From positions 434,001 to 498,000 of the forward strand of contig OZ241830.1 of the NCBI GenBank assembly GCA_965202585.1: a stretch of DNA of 64,000 nucleotides, read 5' to 3'. Source of the stretch: Thalia democratica (lineage: Eukaryota). This document shows positions 15,001 to 29,400 of the stretch, piece by piece. Within the stretch, counting starts at the first letter, position 1, and each line of letters begins with the position of its first letter. Both the position numbers and the translations under genes were made by a program. The notes under the pieces are model-generated. The model did not search any database. It was not told the origin of the DNA and saw only the letters and a list, made by a program, of their open reading frames with translations.

Positions 15001-18000
15001 TTAAACACTATTACTTTTTCGTCGTTTATCATTGGAAAGGGGCATACTATTTCTGATTAAGTTTAAAAATAAAACTCTTTAAAATAAGTTTTTCCGAAGT
15101 AGAAGACTAAAGAAAAGTAACAAGTTAAATTTTTTGTTTTATAGTCACTTAAAAAAGAATCTAACTTATTAAGTAACTTCTGTCAACATTTAAAAAAGAT
15201 TAATTAAATAAAAAAAAGTTTTCAAACTTAACTAACCCTCTGCATCTATGTTCTTTGTTTAAAGTTAGTTTTTAAACAAGCAAATCAAAATTTCAAAAAT
15301 TACTGATTTTAAACATGCAACAACAATTAAATTTTGATAAAGTTAGCGCAAAACAAGTCTTTGCATAATAAGTAACTGGCAGTTAAAATTATTTTCTTGT
15401 TTTGATTGTTTTGGTTCAATTAAGTCAGACAAGCAGTCAAAAGTTGTTATTTATTTAAGCTAACATACTCATTTTGGTTTGGTTAGTGTATAAATCACTT
15501 ATTAATACTTACTGAATTTAAATATTACAGTTTACAAAAGCATAATTTAAAAACATAACTTCTGTTTATTGCGTGTACAAGATTTAAGTAAAACAGTTTA
15601 TAAATTGCATAAAAGCAATATTAACTTTTATTTTTAAGTGTTAAAAAAGTTATTTAGTTTTCAAACTCCTTACCTACTCTTTATAGAAAAAAAACATACC
15701 TAAAAGTTTTAATTTCTCTGCATTGTTAGTTTTTTTTATGTTTTAAAGTAGAATTTTTAAACAGCTTTTGTTAAAAAAAGCCAGGTTTTAACAACAAATT
15801 AAAAACGTTAGACAACTATTTTGGAACAGTTTCTAAAGGAATTAAAGTTCCAGTATTTTTTTTTGCAGTAAGTTGAGTTTCTATTATGTTCTTTAAAATT
15901 GAAGTTCCATTGAATTAAGATTACTAATTTGCAGACTATGAGATAAATTGTTGGTTTCATTTAAGTTTTTATATTTCGTACTTATTGGTACAAAACATAT
16001 ACCAATTCGAATCGTAATAAAATTTAAAAAAAATTATTAAACGAACTTTATAACGAGACAATCGAAATAAATTATTATTTTTTCCTTAAATTCTCGTTTT
16101 CATTCGGATTATCATAATCATACCTGCACACGTGGGTATGACGTCATCATACTGTAGTTCCCCACTTTTAGTACAAACAGCACTGGTAGATCCCCCCATC
16201 ATGTAACCCTCCTCGCATCTGAAGTACACCTTGCTGTCGTACTTGATGACGTCATTCTTGTTGTATGTGATGACGTCATCAGTTGAAATGTCGTCGTTTG
16301 ATGTTGCGATGACGTTTGACATCATTGATATTTCGCATGTTATTTCTATTTTCAAGTTATTTACACAGTTAAACCTTACAACACCTTTCATAAAACCTAA
16401 AAAAATCTTCGAATTTGGAAAAGTATATCTCATTAAGGATTTCAAAAAACATATTTAATAAATCATCAGCTGTACTTTTATTTATATTAAATTTTTGTTT
16501 ACCATAAAAAAAAGTAACTTTTACGATTTACAACTTAGATCGTATAAAATAAAGTTGTTAGTTATTTAATGGTTTAGTATAAACCTAAACATCAGCATTG
16601 TTACGTCACAACTAACCGACGCACTGAGCTTGAGATAGGTCTGAGCTGAAGAGACCGTCAATCTGACAGTTCACCAAAGGATCCCCCTCAATCCTGAACC
16701 CCTCCTCACAGCTCAGGAGTACCTGGTCCCCAACCCTGAACTCCTGAATGTTACCCAGGGATCTCCCGTTCTCATCTGATAATATCACCCCTTCGTTCAT
16801 GTTTAATGGCATCACGCATTTGATTGCTGTTAAAAAGTTTATTATTTTTTGTTTTTTGTTTTAGAAAACAAAACTGCAAAGTTAATGTTTTTAAAATTTT
16901 GTTTTTATTCGAAAAATAAAATCTAACAAAAATAATTTCAAACCCTGATACTTGTGGAGTACTTAATTGTTTGATGTTTGAATAATTCGCATTTGCTTAC
17001 TTGATTACAACAAACAACTATAAAACTATATCAACATTCCAAGTTTACAAAATAGTAAGCAAAAAGTAGTTTGAATTTCATTCAATTGTTATCTTATATT
17101 TTTTTTTTGTTTAAAATTAACTGTACAAAAATCTTAAATAAATGTTATTTCTTTAAAGCTTTAAAATTTTCTTTAAACACAAGTTAGAATAACTAAAAAC
17201 AACATATTTTGTTGTCTGTTTAAAACTAAAAGAAAAGTTTATTGGAATTTTATTTTTTCAGATCAAAAGGTACTTTATAAACAACATTTTTTGTACATAA
17301 AAGGCATCAAAGTATTATTATTATTGATAGCTCAAAAAATTTATATGCAATTGCTATTCAGATTTGATGTTTTTTTATTAAAATATTTCACATTAAAAAA
17401 GCAAAATATTGAAACACAAGCAATAAAAATGAGCACGATAAACTATAAAAGAAAAAATCTATTTCAAAATAGGTTAGAAAGTGTAAGTAGTAGTTTTTCT
17501 AACATCAACCCATCTACAACACAAAACGCGACAAGTTACGAAACTTTAAAACTAAACTCTTTTTCAGCTTTGGATAGCAAAACTTATTGATCCAAAATAA
17601 CCGCAGTTTTCGGTTGAATAGCGAAGATTTACCTTTTAAATTTAGTAAGCATCAAATGACAAGCTCTTTTTGAAATATTTTCAGTAAAAGTACAATTGCA
17701 GCAATGTAGTACATTTTGAAGCACTGGCTATAAGCGCTAAATAACTTTAAGCAGTTTCAAAAGAATTATTTAAATCTAACCCCTGAATATTTCTAGAAAC
17801 TGAGTGAAACAGGCTGTGTCCAGGTTTTGTTGAGGTTGCTCCAACTTGATTTTATCTACAACAAGATAGTATATCACGTGGTTGTGATGTCACAAAAGAT
17901 GGATGGCACTTGAGGTCGAAACATGAAGTGACTGATGAGATTATGACGTCATAGAAAATGTTTTGAACTTGCAAACTACTTATATGGGTTTATATAATTG

Positions 18001-20475
18001 ATAATACTTTGAGATCAATAACTTTTATGCAGATTTCAAAATATGAGGTGAAAGTGACTAATGAGATTATGACGTCATATTGTCTGAATGAAGTTATGAA
18101 TGAACTCCGCGGTTTTGTACAACTGATAATGACCAGAGATGAAAGACTTTGTTGAGCTTAATTCAACATTCTTACAATACAATAAAAAACGTTTGAATGA
18201 AATTTGATTATACACTACAGTAGACTGTTTTTTTCTCCAGTTTAAGCTTTAAAATAAAAAAACACCTTTTCTGATAGTTTTGAATTAAAATCTCATGAAA
18301 AACACTAAATTATTTGAAGTTTGTAACCTGTGAAACAAAATACATTTGATGAAATGAAAGTTATATTGACCACTAATGACCTTATAATAGGATATATCTT
18401 TAAATAAAGATTAATTACACTGCACACGAAAGTAATTTGTAAAACAAACAACGTGTAAAGTTTAAATGATGTTTATAAATACTAAGAAAGAACTGACAAA
18501 GTAAATAATTGAAAAAGATTTTAATATTTTTAGAAACGTTCATTGCAACAAAATAATGCAATTATAACTATAAAACTATTTTTGTCTGTTGTCATAATGC
18601 AAAATACTAAAAAAACGACAAAAATACCTTGGTACAAGAACTTATCATTTCTTAATTAATTGAGTAGAATGAAAGATGCTCTACTAAAAGCTTAAGAATT
18701 TTATTTCAAACCACCATCTGAGCTATTTTTTTAGTTGCTAGAAACTTGCTTCAGACAATAAAAAAACAACAAACGTTTGCAACAAATGGTCGTTAAATGA
18801 GCATTTTTATGATAAAAATGAATGAAATTTCATAGAACTCCTGTTGTGACGGATAGATATAGTGAAAGTTGATGGTAACAAACCAATGCAGACGGGTCTA
18901 GTGGACCAGGTGTTGTCCTGCAGGCAAATAATTTCGAATTCGTCCTGCCTGTTGACGAATCCCTCATTGCATTGGTACATAATGGTCGTTGCGAACGTGT
19001 GCACTGACGTTTCAGTGACGTAATAACCATTTATTACCGGTGGCGGCTCCCCACAATTGGTTTCTTTTCACAAGCAATATAAAAGTAAAAATTCAAACTT
19101 TTATAAAACTAGTGTAGTTTATAGTCCGTTAATTAATAGCAAGCTTTTCAACAACATTTAAAAAGGTTATCTTCGTTGTGCAATAAGGATGCAAAGTCTT
19201 AATATTAATTAAGTTATTTAGCAAGAATAAAGCTTAAAGTTCAGTTGAAAAATTCATTAAACCACTGTTACATAAATTGCAGCCGGTATCAACAAATTTA
19301 TAAAATTCAAAATTTTAAACCAACCTTTACAATAAGGTATTTCCCCTAAATTGAACATGAAAACGCCATTGTCGCCACAAACAGCCTCATCGCTTCCGAC
19401 CAATGAATACCCAATGCTGCACTTGAAATTGATGACGTCACCATTGTAAAAAGTGTCCAGTGTGACGTAGTTATTGAGGTTGTCGAATATTTCAACTCCA
19501 TCTCCCACCATTGGTGATTGGCATTGCTTGGACTCTGTTAATAAAGCAGTTTCTATAATAACTCTTTTTTTTAGCTTAAGTTTGTTGAGTCATTATAAAT
19601 ATGATATGATCACAATTCATGAAACAAAAACCAAGTACTTGTTTAACAAAAGTTTTAGCCAAGTTCTTCTTAAAAAAGCTATTATTGCTAGTTTTGTAGG
19701 CTTTTTTTTAGCTTATATTGTAACTTTAAAAAAAATGATAACTTATTTAAGTTGACAAACAAAAATTAACTTTTACAGAATGGCATCTGTGTGAAGAAGT
19801 CCCAAGAACCGAACATCGTGCACTCTGCCTCATTAGTACCAATCAGCTGGTACCCCTTCATACAATCGAAATACACAAAATCCCCCGCCACGAAACTATC
19901 TTCTCCTTCTTGCATCAGGTCCCCTTCCTTGTTGAACACCTGAAGTCCTTCTGGGGTCATTGGGAACACGCAGCTTATTGTCGGTATCTCTGTTGTTGGT
20001 GAAAGTTTTTTTGTAATGTTTTTAAGTTCTAATTTAAAATAACGCTATTACACATTCTTTTAAAGTTTTTATCACAAAATATAAAAACATGAGTGTTTTA
20101 CACAGTTTGTAGTTTGGTATTTTATTCACATAGTAATTAAAGCTTTTATTTAATATTTTAACAAAAATAAAAGTTTACATACATAATTACCTATTCTGTT
20201 ACATTTTAAGTTTGTACCAATCAAGAACAACTAATACAAAAAATTAAATACTGAAAAGCCACAGCTTTTTATATCATGACGTAACAAACTTTGACAGGTG
20301 ACCCCTGTGACGTCAAACTTCCCGGTCGTTTGACAGGTTGCCGTGGTAACGCCCGGGGGGAACACCCTGTACCCATCGTTACATCTGAAGGTTATCTTGC
20401 TCATAATCCACCTGAATCCCATAAGTGGGGGAAATATTTCTCCATTTTCCAACTCCGGTTCCGCACATGCGAATG
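67..20475 (-). CDS. Gene A tandem array of 27 single-exon Sushi/CCP modules, all phase 1-1
   Basis: Exons 20290-20475, 19771-19989, 19325-19534, 18884-19063, 16617-16826, 16124-16345, 14840-15052, 14554-14775, 14117-14329, 13696-13914, 12990-13214, 12560-12772, 11657-11863, 11131-11349, 10332-10544, 9876-10103, 9552-9764, 9149-9367, 8002-8232, 7562-7774, 7033-7248, 2896-3108, 2516-2740, 2019-2261, 1495-1719, 1015-1230, 67-276. Each has four Cys, typically C-P..(F/Y).C..G(Y/F).L.G....C..G....P.C, and each length is a multiple of 3. Confidence 0.92.
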
Positions 20476-23400
20476 CTGGGAAGAAAATATGTTCGAACGA
20501 AAACTTTTTTATTATGTTTATTTTTTATCAAGTTTACAATAAACATTTTTAACTATTAATATGTATAGTTCTAGCTCACTTATATAATAAGTTTAGTTAT
20601 AGATACAACTCATAAATCACAACACATTATTTAGCTTTTTCTTTTATTTAAACATTAAGAAGTGTTTATATATAAGTGTATAACTGATCCTAGAAAAAAT
20701 AGTACATGTAAAAGAGGGTAAATAACCTTATTTCCCTGTACTGTTGGAACATTTTAAGGCATACTTAAGTTATCAGAAATAAATAATTTTAATTTATGGT
20801 TGATTGTGAACTACCTCGAATCAATACTTCTTATGACAAAGAACTTATTTTAACATTTAACAAACTATCCAAAGTTTTTACAAAATTTTACAACTTTTTT
20901 TCGAAACTCACGAAAACAGAAGAACCCGTTTCCATTGAATCCTTCGTTGCAAGTGCAAGTAAAACTGGAAGTCATTACGTCATTATCAATTGACGTCATT
21001 CTACCGTTGAAACTAGTCGTTATGACGTCATTAGCAGTGCATTTCGCGTTCTCATGACATGGATTCTCCTTGCACGGGTCTGGTTCTATTTTGATTTTGG
21101 GGATTTTTTAGTACTTAGAAACTTGCAGAGTTAGTTAAACCAAAAAGCAAAAAAAAAAAGAATTATATAGAAATATTACTATAAATGCATTAATTAAACA
21201 TAAAGTGTTTAAACTTTAAACTGAAACTTAAAGCGTTTATGTACTTGTCTAGTAAAAAGTCTAAAGCTTTTAATTTTACTATTGAACTTTTTCATTAGTT
21301 TACGATAGATTAACATTTGCGTTTATATATTTTTTCAAACATAAACAACAAACAAACAACGAACTAGTGCAAATACTGTTTTCGAGTTTATAACCATCCA
21401 AACAAATACATTTGTAACTTCCCTCCGTATTAACACATTGAGTATTCAACTCCTCCGAACAGGGTGACTCCTCACACTCATCTATATCTGTTAATATTAT
21501 TTATTATATTAGTAGTTGCAACACTATTAATAGTTTGAAAGATTGATCATAAGCTTATAAAAATTTAGAAGTTACTTTTTTTACTTAAAATAGTGTATGT
21601 ATTGATAAATAAAAATAAACTGTATATACAGTTGTAATGGTTATAATAAATTACTTCACAATATTCATTTAAAATGAAATTTTTTAAACAATTTAAAATA
21701 TTTGTCAAATACGCACAGAAAATGCAAGAAACTTTTGTAAAGAAAATAATTAATCATTATTACCGAAACAGTCTCCCTCCAACGGATAGAATCCTTCCCA
21801 ACATCCGACACAAATCCTGAAATCAGATCCCTGACACAAACATTTTTGATTTGCATCGTTTCTAAACTCTTTACCTGTTTATTAGATAGATGCAATTTAA
21901 AAAAAATATTATTATTTGCTGTTTTTGTTTAAAAAGTTTCTAGCTACAATAAATTTAGCTAAAAAATACTTTTACCTGTTTGCTTTAGAAAATTTATGCA
22001 TATTTATTACGAAGTTATTTTATATCAGACTTTGATAAAACAAGCTTTAACAGCTGTCGTATCAAAAACAACTACTTAAATATGTTTGTCTAATAGCTTA
22101 AAAACTTAGTCTAAAAAGTTAAAAACAAAATTAAGTTTTTACCACTAATGTTATTTAGAACAAATTAAAACAAACACACCAGCAGTATAGTAAGCGCCAC
22201 TGTTGGTTCTACATCCACACTCTGACTCCCTGACACAAACGTCTCCATCTTTCAAGTATCCCATGTCACAAACGCAATCTTCCGTAAATCCCTTCAACTC
22301 GCAACTGGAAGCAATAAAAAAAAAGCTTAATTTATAAGTTTTTCATTGTTGTTTGTTATAAATAACAATACAAACATTGACAAAGGAACTTTTTAGTTTT
22401 TTGATAATTTAAACATTAAAGTATTAATATTTAATCAAAATAACACATAAAAAACTTTAATAAACTTTAAGGTAAATTACAATTTAGTAGCGCAAAACAA
22501 TTAACAATACGAAACCAAAGTTCTACAAACTAAAAAAAAACGAACTTTTCGGCTGCAAAAGGGTCCTGGCACGTGTTTTGACATCTGGAGGTTTGAAATT
22601 TGAATGTTGAATGTTCAGGACAGGTAGTGTTGAGATCAGGGAGCATTATTGGTATGTCATTGTACAAACATTCAAGTCGGTAAGATGTTAGTGACTGTTA
22701 TAAAGTATAAAACTAATTAGATATTAATAAGCATATAAGCACATTGATTATTATTTTTTGATTAGTAACAATAAGCAAAATAAAGTAGTGTTGCTCAAAA
22801 TAAAAAGTAACTTAAAATAAGTAAGGAGAAATGAGTAGTTAGAATAGAGTGTTTGGAGGTGCTGTTATATAAAACCTTAACATTTTTTGATTATTGTTTT
22901 ACTTACCATATGTCAAGTATTAATTATAATTTGAATGATTTTTGATAAATTTATGAATAAATATAAAACTTCAATTATTTATAAGTCTAATTTGGTAATA
23001 TTAACATAAAAACACATTAACTAAAAAACAGGTGTTTAAAATAAAATTCACTAATTAATAACGTGTTTGATAACTTGCTAATATTTACGAGTTCAAAAAC
23101 GCTTTGAACAGTACCATAACTACTTGTAAACAGATAACAACCTCAGTGAGAGATTCTTCCATTCCTTTTGTGGCACATACGTCATAAACACAAGATTCAA
23201 AGAAGCTCTCGGGATCAACTGCTCCGTGGCAAATTGCAAAGTCACCATCAGGATCTGTTATTTGTCCGCAGTAATCTGTCTTACTCCTGGTGAGGAAAAA
23301 TCAGTATGATAAAAGGATACGTTAAATAAAAGTTAATTAAAAGTTGTCTAAAATAATATAAATCATTAACAGTTTTTCAAACAAATACAGGTTTAATAAG

Positions 23401-26400
23401 TAAAGAAACGGTTTCATTATGTAAGAGTAAATTGAAAAAATTACAAAAATAATCTTCTTTTGCTTTTTACATAAAAAGCGTAAAAACACGAATGTCAGCT
23501 AAAATATGAATCTTACAACTAAAACAAGAACTTCATTAAATTAAAAAAGAAGATTTACAAAAGTTTTAAAAATAAAAATAAAGTAATATTTTCTATACAA
23601 ACCACTTTTGATTGGGGTTGTTGTCACAATTTGGTGATTTTGGTACATTAGTGTCCTCACAAGTGTCATCAGTCTTGTAATGAACAGCAAAATCGTCATA
23701 ATTGTCGAACAACAAACCTGATGACGTCATCAAATCGTCATCCGGGTCATCGTTGAAGTTTCCGCATAACCCCTCAACCTGCAAAATTTCGAATATAGTT
23801 TTGTTTTTAATATTATTAACTCATACACTTTGTGGTTTGCATGTTGCTTTTTTTTTAAATTTCTTTAACTAAATGCAGCATATGATATATTTCGAACCAT
23901 GTATTTGTTTTTAAGTTGTTTTACTCGCGATTCCAATAAGTTACAGAATACATATAATAGACCTAATATACATAACAAGTCTATTAAAAAAACATATTGA
24001 GACTTAAGAACCTAAGGTACTTATTTAAACATTTTACTTGACAAAACATTCAAAATTTCTTCAACAAACCTTGGTTTTGTAGAATTCAGGTAGTAATATT
24101 CTCAATTTATTTTCATTGAATTGAACTTCAACACCGTGTTTAGTTGTTAATACTGCCGAGCTTCCTGAAGGTTGAACTTTGAAGTTTGGTGATTCAAATC
24201 CTTCTACTTCTTCGCCGTTTATCTGGAAAAAAGTTTAAAATCATTTTATTTATTTCGGCTAGCTTTTATTGTTAATTTAATCCTGATTCCTGTTGTTAGT
24301 TCAGATACTTTATAACTTTTAATATTATTTGTTTGTAGAATTATACTTTAAAATTACTACACTGAGTACTGTGAGTTATTATGATTTATTGTTTGAATTT
24401 GGTTCTTAGTACTCGATCTTAAAACTTAGAGCAGAGCCTATTGTAGTTTGAGGATAAAAACAAACACCGTTTTAAGTTTAATCGCTATCAATCAAACTGT
24501 CTTTATAAACATTTGAGACGGTTTGATTGACAAAATTCAAACCTGAAACGGTAGTTAAACAGTATTTGTTTTAGTACTTAACTTGAAATAGTTTTATAAA
24601 AACACCTGTTACGTTTTGTATTAAACTAACAACAATAAAAAAACAAACTTATATATTTATATCGGTTTTTAAAATGGTAAATCTAAGTTGTCTAATAAAC
24701 AGTTTTTCTGTAAGGTTGTTACTTTTATCAACTAAACCCACAATGATTCGTTTTTGTTGCAGCAGTTCAACACTTGTCTCTCCGCCCTGCAGCTCAACCC
24801 GGACTTTCCCCAAATAAGAAACTTGTTTGAACCCGTGCCTCCGCTCATTGGTGGTGACAATTCTCAGCCACTTGGGGTGCTCTGGCGGCAAGTCAACCGT
24901 TTCAACCATGACATAGCTGCACGCCCCCATGAAATCGTACTTCTGTCCAATCCTGTCGAAGGTCTGGTAGTGCGGGTCGCCCCACGACATGCATTTGCCC
25001 GTTGCTAGGGGCTCGCATTTGTACCTGTAGAATTATAAAATTTGAATTATTACCTTATTGTTTTATTTTTAGTATTCATTTTAACAGTTAAAACCTTACA
25101 TAGGCAAAAAACACAAAAAATTTTCACCCTGTAAAGTACAAAGTACCATAATATCCTTTGTTTGACTTTAGTTATGTAATTTATCATTAAACTAATATGT
25201 TTAAATTTCAGAACTTAGTTACACCATTAAAGTAATTAAATTTTTACTAGCTTTGAAAACTTTAATAGATCTTAAAGCCGTTTTAATCATTGAAGGTATT
25301 AATAGTTTAAGCTTTTGAAGTGTTTAGTGTTCAGCTACTTACAACACTACGTAATGTATATAAAATCAGCACATCTCATACCTTCCATGTTCGGATTTTT
25401 CACAAATTTCTCCTTCTTCACAGCCCCTTCTACTCCTGCAAGCGAGCTTACCCCTGTCGCATTTACACTCCAACTTGCAGTCGTTCAACATGAAGAAGGA
25501 CTTGTCCTTAATTATTAATACTTGTACATTTCATGTTTGTAAATATCAAACAAAGTTTTCAAACCATTTATTAAAACTTTGCTTCAGCTTTAAGAAAAAC
25601 TGTAAAGTTCAATTTTTTTTAAAAGAGTACAGAAAACCTTCTATTTTGGTTTTAAAGTTAAATACGACTTTTTATGTTTTTTTTGCGCTAAAAAACATAA
25701 TCATACTTATAACTCACTTTATAGTATTTAGCACCACGGAAGCAGCCACATTCCTCCTGTCTGACGCAATCCGTCCCGGACATGACGTAACCCTCCTCAC
25801 AGACGCATCCCTCTATACACCGGTCGCATGGGGGCGATATCGAGTCCATCTTCGCTTGGTTCAACAGGTAGAAATTTGAAATCGAAGAGCAGTCTCTGAT
25901 GTCACAATGCGAGTAGCATGACGAGTAGTAAGCGTTTGGTCCGCATCGTTGCGCTGTTTCGCGGATAATGTAGCTTTTTAGTTCAAAATTATAATAGTTT
26001 GTTTTTATCTAGTATTATTAATAACATTTTATTTACTTAATTTCGTTTGTTTTCATAAATTTACTTGGTATAACAAAATAAAGAAAGTCTGTAAGTCGGT
26101 AAGTTTGTCGTAAAAATCGCGTCCGATTGAAAATTTTAACAAACGCTAAATAGAAAAAATATTTTTGTAGTTTCGCTTGAACTTTGCGTTTTACAAGTTT
26201 GTTATTTATTGTATTGTAATTCTATAGCATCAGTTTTACGAACATTTTCAAACATATTCTAAAGTTAATGCTTTTGTTTTTGAACAGTGAATAATATATT
26301 ATTGTTGTTATTATTGACACACCATAAAAATTTTGTTGCTATCAACTTTAGAATGCTTTCACATACTTGAATTTTACATCAAATCAACAAATGTTGTTTT

Positions 26401-29400
26401 AAACTTAACAGAAATATTAGTTGATTATTACAAAATAGATTATAGTTCCAACTAAAAAGCTTTTGAATTTTTAAAGATAGTAATGTTAGTTTAATCTTAT
26501 AATTGCTATTTTGGATACTTGTTTTATCTACATGCTAATCAGTTACATAAAATATTTAGATTTTATTGCCTTGTGGGATGTTAAGGAATTTTAATACTGT
26601 TATTATATCTAATGTCAAATATGAAAACTTGAACAAAAGTTAAATAAAAAACTTAGAAATGTTGACATTTAAATATGAGATTACTCACCTCATTTTGTTC
26701 TAATAGAAAATATTTAAATTTTAAACTTAAGTCGAACTTAAAACTAAAGATAGTATAACTTTCCAGTAAAGCTGTAAATTTAAATATTTGTGGTTTTTGG
26801 ATTAAAAGAATAAATATAGTATATTTTGTTCTTAATTTAGTTTTGAAACTTTTAATAAAACTATCTTGATTTAAAAAAACTATTTATTGACAAGATAATA
26901 GTTCTTAGAAATGTATTAGAATTTATTTTTTACTAAAAAAACTCTAAAAACTTGTACTTTTAGTATAAGTTTTGAAATTTAAAAGAAATTTTTTATTATA
27001 AATAAACAAAATATAAGACTTAATAGACAATTATGTTTAGTTGCAATTTTAATTTAAGTTGAAAAATTAACAAAAAATAACTAGGTGAGAAATTGGTCCT
27101 AATTACAGCATTGAAAACTGTATTGTTGTTGTAATACCCTACAATCAACAAACATAAAAAGAAAAATAAACAAACAAGTCAGAGTGTTTTCTCTCCAATA
27201 ATCACAAACTTCAGCCCCATTTTCCTGACACAATCTTGTGTACAGTGTCACTGTTGATTTGATTGCGGTTTGAATGTCTTTGTGAGCACATGCATCTTCT
27301 ACACAACTCTATATAGTTTGAATTTGTGTAATTTTTTGATTGTTTAATTCAGTAGATATTTTTTTAATATTTTAAGACTAATAAAGGCACTAAACTGTTA
27401 ATTTTATTTTGTATAAATTTAAAAAGTTTGTCTGTTTTGGTAGAAAGTCAAGTTTGCTAAAAAGTTTGTTTTTTAAATCATAAACTTAAATAACATCATT
27501 CTTGTAATAAAGTAACTAGTCAACTAATTAAGCAAACATAAACCACAAAACGTCTTCAGTAAAATCTTACATCAAAAAAGAAGTCAGGGTTGATATTTTC
27601 ATGGCACTTATGAAAGCAGCCATTTTCAGCAGTAAGAACCATGCAGGCTTCTATGTATTCATTTCTTTCTTCAGAAGAGCAACTGTCTTCAATGTCATCA
27701 GATTGCACAAAATCATGATTTTCACATCTGATTTAAAATTTTAAGATGAAACAGATACTTATGCATTTTTCACTATAAAAAAAGATGGAATTTATTCTTC
27801 AAGACTTTATTTTACAAACTAAGTTTTGGTCAAAGACCTTGTCAGTGCTTAAATAAATCTTATTCAAATAGAAACTTAAAAAAACTGTTTTGTAAACAAT
27901 TTATTAGTATTTACATGGTACTTAATGTTACTTATTTAACTGTATTCTTTTTTGCAAAATTTTGTAGTATAAGTACTATTTACTTGTTTTTATAAAATTT
28001 TTAACTAAGCAGTTATACATATAAAGCTAATTTTTGTGATTGGGGTTTTAATGTAAATTTTGTACGGTCTTATTAAAACAATTTTAAAATTACTAATTAA
28101 ACTGTATGAAATCTTAACTAACAATTTTAACTCTTCTTAGTAGATATGGTTGCATAGCAAGTAGTTGATTGTGCAGTCATGCATTTTTGTAAATATTATG
28201 TTAAACAACATTAAAATGTCAAATTTGTCCCAAACTAATTTAAGCCTGTCACTTGAAAAATCAAGCTTTGAAACAACTGATCCAACCATCAATTCATTTG
28301 TGAAAGTAATTTATGATGATCAAATTGAAGAAGTTTGTAATGAACATTCAAGTTCTGTAGACCCAACTAAATGCAATTTAGATTCATCAGTAGACCCCTG
28401 TGTTACTTCACCTTTGAAGCAAGACACCAATGCTGAACTCCTTGATATATCAAAACTGACATCAGCTAAAATATTCTGTGACAAGAGCAACATCAAAAAG
28501 CAAGCTTACAAGATCAAAGTGAGACTGCCAAGATTGGAAGCAAACTTTTGCAATTCGGATTCAATTGCTTTCAGCAACCCTTATCATAAGATTCAAGCAG
28601 AAAAATCTAACTTCACATTTACCAAAGCTGCCAAATCAGCAGAAAAAATTCAATTAAACGATGTGTTTGAGGTAAAAAAGTCGTCTTCTTCTTTATGTTT
28701 AAAAAAATCAACTCTGTTTAAAAAAGTTTCAAGGATTTATCAGACAATCAAATCTAAAATAAGTCTGTTCAAACCTTCTAGTTGTGAGCTTAGATTTCAC
28801 AAGCAATATCTTGAAAATGTTACAGATTGGACTAAAAATAAACAGAAAAATTTCAGTGACAACCAAAAGTCTAAATCCTTGTACTGTGTAACAAATGAAG
28901 TGTTGACCCAAAATAGAGATGTTAATAAAGAAAAACTTGGAGTGCCTATTAATTTGATTAATAAAAGTTTGTCAAACTACAGTACAATTACTTGTATTAG
29001 TTCTGTTTTCAGTGAAGTTTCATCTAAATGCTCTTTTGAAAACTATGAAAAAAACAAAACATTTATAAAATCATTTGTTCAAAATAAAATAGAACCTTGC
29101 AAAAATCAAGAGTCAGGCATAGCTTTAGATTTGTCAGTAAGAAGTAATAAACTTCGCGTAAGTACACAAGTTGAAAATGATAACAAAAATACCACTTGTG
29201 GTACTTATAAGGAGAAATATGAAAGTCAAAGTTTATTAAGTGAACATTGTGGTGAAGGTGTTTTGTTTGTTGTTAAACAGTTGAGTGAGCAGGTTTTGTC
29301 GCAACAAATTACTTGTAATAATCAACAGAGCTCTGAATATCCTGATAAACCTCTAGATTTAAGTGTTAAAAAAATGGGTGCTCAGCAATCTACAAGTGCA

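Noticed and set aside
17932-17965. CTGATGA...GAAA, hammerhead-like
   Set aside because: The G10.1-C11.1 pair is missing, there is no stem I or UH site, and the apparent stem is just the TATGACGTCATA palindrome.
74-25879. Plus-strand ORFs of 60-134 aa opposite gene A exons (e.g. 74-397, 988-1275, 20291-20542, 24754-25008, 25475-25879)
   Set aside because: Antisense shadows of real exons or AT-rich read-through, with no independent splice or domain support.
28165-28197. ORF-track start of the 841-aa ORF at 28165
   Set aside because: Non-ATG (TTG) start; the first in-frame ATG is 28198.
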